This document shows positions 57,490 to 64,000 of a stretch of 64,000 bases of DNA, one piece after another. A program made the position numbers and the translations under genes. Each line of letters opens with the position of its first letter. The first letter of the stretch is position 1. The DNA comes from an uncultured Rhodospirillaceae bacterium (GTDB taxonomy: Bacteria; Pseudomonadota; Alphaproteobacteria; SP197). The notes below the pieces were generated by a model. That model did no database searches, had not been told where the DNA came from, and saw only the letters and a program-made list of their open reading frames with translations. The stretch covers positions 8,104 through 72,103 of the forward strand of contig CAZGYG010000004.1 in the NCBI GenBank assembly GCA_964530335.1, written 5' to 3'.

Positions 57490-58689
57490 TCACAGCATCG
57501 ACTTGACCGGTATGACGCCCTTGCGCGCGGCGTCCTCGGCGTAGACCGATTGGTCGCCCTGCCTGCGGTACGCCTCGGCGGCGGCGGCGAAGCGGTCCGG
57601 GTCGAGCTCGACCCCGAGCCCCGGCCCGTCCGGCACGCGCATGGTGCCGTGATCGGTCAGGCCGATGACCCCGGGCTTGACCACGTCGCCTGCCAGCTCG
57701 AGCGCGTGGGTGTCGGCGGCGTGGGGCAGCGCCGGCATCGACGCCGCCAGGTGCAGGTACGCCGCGGTCGCGATGCCGAGCTCGCCGGCGCTGTGGAAGT
57801 TGAGCCCGATCTGGAACGTCTCGCACACGCCCTGCAGCCGCTTGATCGCGGTGATGCCGCCCCATTCGAAGATGTCGCCGAGCACCACGTCGACGGCGCC
57901 CAGCCGGATCGCCTCGGCGGTCGAATCCAGGTCGATGGTCGCCATGTTGCTGGCGAAGGGAATGGCAAGCCGGGCGCGAACCCGCGCCATGGCTTCGTTA
58001 CCCCAGCACGGGTCCTCGTAGTACTCGAGGTCGAGCGGCTCGATCGCCTTGCCGATCCGGAGCGCGCTCGCCGCAGAATAGATCGCCTGCGGGTCGTAGC
58101 GGAGCTTCGCGTCGGGAAACGCCTCGCGCAGCGCGCGGAGCGTCGCGATCTCCTCCGCCGCGCCGACCACGCCGCCCTTGTACTTGATGGTCGTGAAGCC
58201 GTGCCGCGCCACGTAGTCGCGCGCCGTCGCGATCACGTCCGCCCGGGTCAGGATGGCGTTGCGCCCGGCGCGGTCCGGGTTGCGGTAATAGAGGTAGGCG
58301 GCGAACGGAACCTCGTCGCGCATCCGCCCGCCGAGCAGCCGGCACAGCGGCTGGCCGGTGGCCTTGCCCATCAGGTCCCAGCACGCGACCTCGAGCCCGG
58401 CGATGGCGCAATAGCCGAGCTTGCCGTTGTAGAGCGGCACGAACGTCGCCTTGCCCAGCATGCGCACCAGGTCGAATGGGTTCTCGCCCAGGAACATGGG
58501 TGCGATCTCGCTGTCGATCAGCGCCTTGGTCACGCCGCCGCCGAGCGTTTCGCCCAGGCCCTCGAGCCCGTCGTCGGTGCGCACCTGGACGATCAGCCGC
58601 GTCCAGTCGGCGTTCGCCCCGCCCGACCAGCGGATTGGCGCCACGAACGGCACGTTGACCGGCGTCACCTCGATGGCGGCGATACGCAT
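57490..58689 (-). CDS. Enolase-superfamily enzyme (mandelate racemase/muconate lactonizing family; acid-sugar dehydratase or cycloisomerase)
   Basis: N-terminal capping domain plus TIM-barrel with metal-ligand region (KYKGG..., DPQA, EDP). 399 aa. Confidence 0.75.
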   Translation of the reverse strand: MRIAAIEVTPVNVPFVAPIRWSGGANADWTRLIVQVRTDDGLEGLGETLGGGVTKALIDSEIAPMFLGENPFDLVRMLGKATFVPLYNGKLGYCAIAGLEVACWDLMGKATGQPLCRLLGGRMRDEVPFAAYLYYRNPDRAGRNAILTRADVIATARDYVARHGFTTIKYKGGVVGAAEEIATLRALREAFPDAKLRYDPQAIYSAASALRIGKAIEPLDLEYYEDPCWGNEAMARVRARLAIPFASNMATIDLDSTAEAIRLGAVDVVLGDIFEWGGITAIKRLQGVCETFQIGLNFHSAGELGIATAAYLHLAASMPALPHAADTHALELAGDVVKPGVIGLTDHGTMRVPDGPGLGVELDPDRFAAAAEAYRRQGDQSVYAEDAARKGVIPVKSML

Positions 58690-58695
58690 GGCGCG

Positions 58696-60240
58696 TCAGG
58701 TGCGCGAGCTCGGCCGGTAGAACGGCTCGACCGGCCGCTCGTCGAGCCAGCCCTCGTAGAACCGGCGTACGTACGGCATGACGTCGCGGCCGAGCGCGCG
58801 GTTGCGCTGCTCGACCTCGGTCGGCGGCCGCGCCATCGCGGCCGCGAGCTCGTCGAGCACGGCTTCCTTATCGAGGCGCGTGAAGCGGCCATCGCGGTAG
58901 ATCGCCTCGCCGGCGACGACGACCGTGCGCACGCCGCTGGTCCGCGCCCGGTGCAGCACGGCGTCGAGCACCGAGACCTCGCGGTCGAGCGTCAGGAACG
59001 GGTGGGCGATGGCCCGCCAGTCCATGAGCACCAGGTCGGCGGCCTTGCCCGGCGCGAGCACACCGATGTCGTCGGCGAAGGCGGTGGTGTGGGCGCCGTG
59101 CTCGGTGGCCATGCGGAACACCTGGGCCGAGGTCGGCACGTCGTCGTCCATGCCCGGCGTGCGGTGCAGCTTCAGGACCAGCCGCATCTCTTGCAGCATG
59201 TCGCGATCGTCGTTGATGCCGGCCTCGTCGATGCCGATGGCGACGCGCACGCCGTGGCGCTCGAAGGCGTTGAGCGGCGCCACGCCGCTGCGCAGCCTGA
59301 GGTTCGAGCTGGCGTTGTGGCAGATGCGCGTGCCGGTCGCGGCCACCCTCTCGATGTCCCGTTCGGTCATCCAGACGCCGTGGCCGAGCGTCATGCCCGG
59401 CCCAAGCAAGCCATGGCGCTCCAGGTGCTCGACCGCCGAACCGCCGGTGCGCCGCCGCGCGTATTCCTTCTGGTAAGGCGTCTCCAGCAGATGCATGTGC
59501 ATCGGCACGTGGTAGCGGTCCGCGTAGCCGCGCATGGCGTCGAGCGCGCGGTCCGAGCACCAGTGCAGATTGTTGGGCGCGAGCTGCACCCGCGCCCGTT
59601 CGCTGCCGTTGTGGCGCTGGAACAGGTGCTCGAAGATGCCGAACTGCTCGTCCATGGGTTGGCGGGTCGCGGCGAAGTGGGCCGCCATGCGCCGCCCGAG
59701 CTCGGGCGGCAGGCCGGCGACGAAATCGTCGTCGTCGCCGTAGACCAGCAGGCTCTGATCGCTGAGCCCGTAGGAAAATGAAACCCGCATGCCGACGTCG
59801 CGGTAGGCGTCGAATATGCGCTCGGCCGAATTCCGGATCTCGCTCGCCGTGCCGCGCATCCAGCCGTGCAGATGCTGCACGGTGGTGATGCCCGACTCGA
59901 TCATCTCGAACGCCGAATAGAGCGTGTCCAGATAGAGATCGACATCGCGGCTCTGCATGAGCGAGGCGAACCACAGCTCGAGCGGCAGGTCCTGGCAGCC
60001 GTGCTGCACCGGGGTGAGGCCGACGTGATGGTGGGCGTTGACGAAGCCTGGCGTCACCACGGTGTCCGCGCCGCCCAGCACCTCGTCGGGCGCGTGGTCG
60101 CGGGCGATCTCGGCGTAGGGGCCGACGGCCACGATGCGGCCGTCGCGCTGGAAAACGGCGCCGTCCTCGATGACCGCCGCGTCGTGGCGGCTCGCGGCGT
60201 GGGTGATGACGTAGCGGCCGCGGATCAGGGACGACGGCAT
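58696..60240 (-). CDS. Amidohydrolase family protein (TRZ/ATZ / MTA-SAH deaminase-like metal-dependent hydrolase)
   Basis: GFVNAHHH metal-binding motif and the HxH...H...D pattern of the amidohydrolase superfamily. 514 aa. Confidence 0.7.
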   Translation of the reverse strand: MPSSLIRGRYVITHAASRHDAAVIEDGAVFQRDGRIVAVGPYAEIARDHAPDEVLGGADTVVTPGFVNAHHHVGLTPVQHGCQDLPLELWFASLMQSRDVDLYLDTLYSAFEMIESGITTVQHLHGWMRGTASEIRNSAERIFDAYRDVGMRVSFSYGLSDQSLLVYGDDDDFVAGLPPELGRRMAAHFAATRQPMDEQFGIFEHLFQRHNGSERARVQLAPNNLHWCSDRALDAMRGYADRYHVPMHMHLLETPYQKEYARRRTGGSAVEHLERHGLLGPGMTLGHGVWMTERDIERVAATGTRICHNASSNLRLRSGVAPLNAFERHGVRVAIGIDEAGINDDRDMLQEMRLVLKLHRTPGMDDDVPTSAQVFRMATEHGAHTTAFADDIGVLAPGKAADLVLMDWRAIAHPFLTLDREVSVLDAVLHRARTSGVRTVVVAGEAIYRDGRFTRLDKEAVLDELAAAMARPPTEVEQRNRALGRDVMPYVRRFYEGWLDERPVEPFYRPSSRT

Positions 60241-60268
60241 GGCGTGTCCTCTACGCCGATCCGGCGCG

Positions 60269-60973
60269 TTACCGCGCGGCCGTGGGCAGCGGCCGCGCGC
60301 CCAGCGCCATGCCGTGGACCAGGGCGGACAGGTCGTCCCACGCGCCGATGAACGCGGCGCCTTCGCGCACGGCGAAGCGGCGCGACTTGTCCGAGGCGCC
60401 GGAAAGCGTGAACAGCTTTCCCGCCCCGCGCGCTGCCGCCGCCACCCGGCGCGCGTCGCGGAAATCGGCGGCGTCGAGCCTGAGCATGCCGCGCCCGCGC
60501 GTCAGCGACAGGTCGCTCGGGCCGAGGAACAGCCCATCGACCGTGGCGAGCCGGGCGATCGCCGGCGCGTCGGCCAGCGCCCCGGGCGTCTCGATCATGG
60601 GCAGGCAAAGCGTGGTCCGGTTGGCGCGCGCGACCAGGCCCTTGGCCCGGCGCCCATAACCGTCGATCCGGCTGAACCCCAGGCCGCGCGTGCCGAGCGG
60701 CGGGAACTTGGCGAACGCGGCGACCCGGCGTGCGTGATCCAGATCGCGAATCTGCGGAATGATGACGCCGTCGGCCCCGGCGTCGAGCGCCTTCTGGATC
60801 GGCACCCGGTCGGCGGCGGCGACCCGGACCTGGACCCCCAGGCCCAGGCCCTTGGCGAACGGGATCAGGGCGTCCGCCGCCCCGTCGTCGATCGACCCGT
60901 GCTCCATGTCGAAAATGACGAGGTCGAACCCGGCGAGGCTGGCGATCTCGAGCGCGTGCCGGCTGCCGGTCAT
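60269..60973 (-). CDS. HpcH/HpaI family aldolase (GarL/2-dehydro-3-deoxyglucarate aldolase-like)
   Basis: ATG start (MTGSRHALEIASLAGFDLVIFDMEHG...). 234 aa. The track ORF 60269-62590 extends spuriously upstream, antisense through the next gene. Confidence 0.75.
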   Translation of the reverse strand: MTGSRHALEIASLAGFDLVIFDMEHGSIDDGAADALIPFAKGLGLGVQVRVAAADRVPIQKALDAGADGVIIPQIRDLDHARRVAAFAKFPPLGTRGLGFSRIDGYGRRAKGLVARANRTTLCLPMIETPGALADAPAIARLATVDGLFLGPSDLSLTRGRGMLRLDAADFRDARRVAAAARGAGKLFTLSGASDKSRRFAVREGAAFIGAWDDLSALVHGMALGARPLPTAAR

Positions 60974-61126
60974 CAGCCAGAAACCCAGCTTCGTCCGCGC
61001 CGTCCTTGCCACGATCGCCCTCCGCCGCACCGCACCACGCTGGCACCCGACACTGGCACCCGCGCCGCGCCGGTGTCCAGCGGCGGCGGTTGGTATACGG
61101 TCGGGCCGCACCCGACGGGGACCGCC

Positions 61127-62308
61127 ATGAAGATCACGGACATCGAGACCTTCGCGCTCAGGTTCGCCATGCCATATCCGCTGACCTACGCGCGGGGCGA
61201 ATACGCCGAGCGCGAGGCGCTGCTCGTGCGCGTGCGCACCGACGACGCGGGCATCGCCGGCTGGGGCGAGGCCGCCATGTGGGGCGGACCGTTCGCGACC
61301 TCGGTCGCCGTGATCGAGCAGGAAATCGCGCCGCTCGTCGTCGGCGAGGACCCGCGCCGCCCCGAGTACCTTTGGGAAAAGGTGTTCCAGAGCACCTACT
61401 ACCACGGGCGCAAGGGCATCCTGCTGGCGTGCCTGTCGGGCGTCGACATCGCACTGTGGGACATCCTCGGCCAGTGCGCCGGTCAGCCGCTGTGGCGGCT
61501 TCTGGGCGGCTTCGGCCAGCCGGTCGCGGCCTACGCCTCGGCCGGCTACTACCGGCGCGACTACGGGCTCGACGCCTTCGCCGCCGACGTGGCCGCGGCG
61601 CGGGCGCGGGGGTTCCGGGGCTACAAGATGAAGATCGGCAACGTGCCCGGCGTGGTCCACGCGGGCGTGCTGGCCGACGTGCCCCTGCGCCGCTCGTTCG
61701 CCGAGGACGCGGCGCGCATCCGGGCCGCGCGCGAGGCCATCGGGCCGGACCGCTGGCTGATGTGCGACGCCAACGCCTCGCTCGACCTCGCCCTCGCGCT
61801 CCGTTACGCCGGGCTGCTCGAGGAGGTCGAAGCGCGCTGGTTCGAGGAGCCGACCCAACCGGAGGACGTGGCGGGCTGCGCCGAGCTGGCCCGACGGACC
61901 CGCGTGCCCATCGCCGGGTTCGAGACCGAGACCGGGCGCGACGCCTTCGCGCGGCTGATCGATGCCGGCGCGATCGGGGTGGTGCAGCCGGACGTGGTCC
62001 AGGTCGGCGGTCTGACCGAGGCGCGCAAGATCGCCGCCTACGCCCAGGTCCGTCACCTGCCGTTCACCGCGAAGAACTACTCGACGGCGGTCGGCGCGGC
62101 GGCGTGCCTGCACCTGCTGGCGGCGCTGCCCAACGCGGACTTCTTCGAGTGCGATCAGGACCCGATGCCGTGGCGGGAGTCCCTGCTGGGCCAGCCGGCG
62201 TGGACCTTGGACGACGGCCTGGCCATGCCCGCCGATCGCCCCGGTCTCGGCTTGATGCTCGACGAGGCGGCGCTCGAACCCTGGCGCGTCAGGCCGAAGC
62301 GGCCTTGA
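61127..62308 (+). CDS. Enolase-superfamily enzyme (mandelate racemase/muconate lactonizing family)
   Basis: ATG at 61127 (MKITDIETFALRF...). Typical MR/MLE capping and barrel domains (KMKIG, DANASL, EEP, metal ligands). 393 aa. Confidence 0.8.
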   Translation: MKITDIETFALRFAMPYPLTYARGEYAEREALLVRVRTDDAGIAGWGEAAMWGGPFATSVAVIEQEIAPLVVGEDPRRPEYLWEKVFQSTYYHGRKGILLACLSGVDIALWDILGQCAGQPLWRLLGGFGQPVAAYASAGYYRRDYGLDAFAADVAAARARGFRGYKMKIGNVPGVVHAGVLADVPLRRSFAEDAARIRAAREAIGPDRWLMCDANASLDLALALRYAGLLEEVEARWFEEPTQPEDVAGCAELARRTRVPIAGFETETGRDAFARLIDAGAIGVVQPDVVQVGGLTEARKIAAYAQVRHLPFTAKNYSTAVGAAACLHLLAALPNADFFECDQDPMPWRESLLGQPAWTLDDGLAMPADRPGLGLMLDEAALEPWRVRPKRP

Positions 62309-63413
62309 GCGAGTCCCGAGCCTTGCCTGCCACGGATTGCTCGCGCACGCGCCAGAAGCGCATGGTGCGCTGGGCCGCGTCGAGCGAAAGCTGGTCGTAG
62401 AGTTCGAGCAGCTCGACCGAATCGACGCCTTGCGATCCGCCTTGCTTCTTGGTGTGCGCCAGCAGGACGGCGAACGCCTTCGGCGACACGTTCTTCGCCT
62501 TGCACGCGATCGCCAGGGCCTCGCAGCCGGGGTCGTAGAAGATCCGTTGCGCGGTGCGCACGTCGACCTCGACGAAGTAGGCCAAGGCATAGACGAATTC
62601 GCGGTATTGTCGGGTCTTGAGCAGCTCGATCAGCAGGTTCTCGTCGAGCTGATCCAGCCGCTTCTTGTTGAGGATGAACCGCTCCGCTTCGGTCATGTTG
62701 GCCTGCTGGGCGGCCATTTGGTCGACGATGCTGTCCTGCGACTCGGCGATAAGGCGGTCGATCGTCGCGCCGTCGATCGCGGCGGTGCGCTCGACGATGT
62801 GCCGGCGCAGGTTCGACGAGACGAACCAGAACATCTCGTTCAGAAGCTCGGGCGGCATGTCGGTGCGCTCGACCAGAGGCGCGTGAAGCTTCTGGTTGTG
62901 CTCGGCGCGAGATACGATCTTTTCCATCGAGCCGCCGGAAATCGTGGCGCCGTCGTTGCGCACCAGGGTCTCGAGCACGGCGTCGTCGCCCTTCTGGACC
63001 AGCGCATCGACGATCAGGGCGCTGACTTCGCTGCGCCCCGAGATCGCGCGCATGTGTTCCTGGCCGTTGCGCCGGATGACCTCGAGCAGGTCGATGTCCT
63101 CGATGGCCGAACTGTTCCGCAACACGGGCATGGCCACCTCGATCTCGTCGTTGGCGAGCATGGTGATGACGCCGCGTGGGGCATCGTCGACGCTGGCGAG
63201 CCTGTGCGCCAGCTCGGCCCGCACCTTGGTTTCCATGGTGCGGGTGATGCTCATCATGATCGCGTTGAAATGGTCCCTCTCGCGCTCGTTGTAGGCGTCG
63301 GAAGCGTCGACGAACAGGTCCGTAACCTCGCGCAGCAACTCGCGCCGCCGATCGCTCGACGGCTCCTTGGCGAGATTCACCAGGGTTCTCAAGCGCGTCG
63401 GGTTGTCCGGCAT
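62289..63413 (-). CDS. DUF2336-like conserved alphaproteobacterial protein
   Basis: 374 aa all-helical protein (MPDNPTRLRTLVNLAKEPSSDRRRELLREVTDLF...). The DUF2336 assignment is from memory, not a search. Confidence 0.5.
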   Translation of the reverse strand: MPDNPTRLRTLVNLAKEPSSDRRRELLREVTDLFVDASDAYNERERDHFNAIMMSITRTMETKVRAELAHRLASVDDAPRGVITMLANDEIEVAMPVLRNSSAIEDIDLLEVIRRNGQEHMRAISGRSEVSALIVDALVQKGDDAVLETLVRNDGATISGGSMEKIVSRAEHNQKLHAPLVERTDMPPELLNEMFWFVSSNLRRHIVERTAAIDGATIDRLIAESQDSIVDQMAAQQANMTEAERFILNKKRLDQLDENLLIELLKTRQYREFVYALAYFVEVDVRTAQRIFYDPGCEALAIACKAKNVSPKAFAVLLAHTKKQGGSQGVDSVELLELYDQLSLDAAQRTMRFWRVREQSVAGKARDSLKAASA

Positions 63414-63478
63414 GACGGTCCTTCCTCGGCCCGACCGGGATGTTAACGACGGCTTGGTGAAGAAACCCTTGCCGAGGA

Positions 63479-64000
63479 TCAGGTGCCCGCGCCGAGCGCG
63501 GCCAGCGCGCGGCTATCGGGGCGGACCCCCAGCCCGGCCGTGTCGGGCACCGCGATGGTCGCGCCATTGGCCCGGGGCCCCGACGGAAAAAGCAACTCGC
63601 GCAAGGGGTTCGGCGCGCCCTGAACCTCGCACAGGGAAACCAGCGGCGCCGCCGCCATGAAGTGCAAGGACGCCGCGAGATTGAGGTCGAGCGTGTAGGT
63701 GTGATTGACGCACGGCACGCCGGCGGCGGCGGCGATGTCGGCGATGCGCATGGCCTGGGTCAGGCCGACGCGCGAGACGTCCACCTGGACGATGCCGATG
63801 CCGGCGTCTCGCACCAGGCGCACGAACTCGCCCTGGCTCGCGCACAGCTCGCCCGCGGCAATGGTCAGGCCGGCGTCCCGGGTGACCGCCCGGTACCCTT
63901 CGATGTCGTCCGGCGCCAGAGGTTCCTCCAGCCAGAACACGTCATAGCGCCGGAACCGGCGGCAGCGTTCGAGTGCCCCCGCCGCGTCCCAGGCGTTGCC
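63479..64000 (-). CDS. Enolase-superfamily protein, C-terminal part (gene continues beyond the window end)
   Basis: ...FWLEEPLAPDDIEGYRAV...ELCASQGEF...GIVQVDVSRVGLTQAMRIADIAAAAGVPCVNH is the MR/MLE C-terminal barrel. Truncated by the window edge. Confidence 0.5.
   Translation of the reverse strand, partial: GNAWDAAGALERCRRFRRYDVFWLEEPLAPDDIEGYRAVTRDAGLTIAAGELCASQGEFVRLVRDAGIGIVQVDVSRVGLTQAMRIADIAAAAGVPCVNHTYTLDLNLAASLHFMAAAPLVSLCEVQGAPNPLRELLFPSGPRANGATIAVPDTAGLGVRPDSRALAALGAGT

Overview
High-GC (~68%) alphaproteobacterial chromosomal segment, probably Rhodospirillales or Rhizobiales-like, densely packed with housekeeping and accessory metabolic genes. Many of the long ORFs in the supplied track are antisense or alternate-frame artefacts of the GC bias. 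Each real gene was called by recognisable family motifs, start-codon context and stop/start overlaps.

Gene content from start to end:
- an ABC importer (two permeases and an ATPase), 208-2971;
- a sugar epimerase, a large N,N-dimethylformamidase-beta-like protein and an HpcH-family aldolase, 3042-7084;
- a compact hopanoid locus, 7089-11778: a GT2 glycosyltransferase, a single HpnD-like squalene/phytoene-synthase-family gene, squalene-hopene cyclase and an HpnG-like phosphorylase;
- a glyoxalase-family protein and dimethylglycine-dehydrogenase-like gene on the minus strand, then a P-type cation ATPase, 11785-17407;
- phaR-modABC on the minus strand, divergent from a PHA locus, 17389-24009: a small coiled-coil ORF that frame-overlaps a two-component-type phaC, then phaA and phaB;
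- a mazEF-like toxin-antitoxin islet with a textbook sigma70 promoter, 24171-24800;
- a glutathione S-transferase, gloB and a methyltransferase, 24853-27052;
- metW-metX on the minus strand, then chorismate mutase, hisC and tyrC, 27033-31827;
- a minus-strand operon, 33476-39911: ftsE, ftsX, a DUF218/YdcF gene, plsC and nrdJ. The nrdJ is a class II (B12-dependent) ribonucleotide reductase interrupted by a 375-aa intein carrying a LAGLIDADG homing endonuclease, and that intein is the clearest mobile element in the window;
- a zinc-ribbon protein and a CpdR-like response regulator, 40084-41218;
- a large conserved alphaproteobacterial protein, lysA, a small lipoprotein and argH on the minus strand, 41363-46621;
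- an XRE regulator divergent from hemN, with an FNR/FixK box (TTGA-N6-TCAA) between them, 46667-48504;
- a proline iminopeptidase and an SDR oxidoreductase, 48501-50365;
- a second PotABCD-like ABC importer, a tandem-barrel hypothetical, an MTAP/PNP-family phosphorylase and an orphan PotD-like SBP, 50494-56979;
- an aldaric/sugar-acid-like catabolic locus, 57490-62308: two enolase-superfamily dehydratases or cycloisomerases, an amidohydrolase and a GarL-like HpcH aldolase;
- a DUF2336 protein and a truncated third enolase-superfamily gene at the window edge, 62289-64000.

No rRNA, tRNA or CRISPR was seen. Stop/start overlaps (ATGA, GTGA) are pervasive, consistent with translational coupling.
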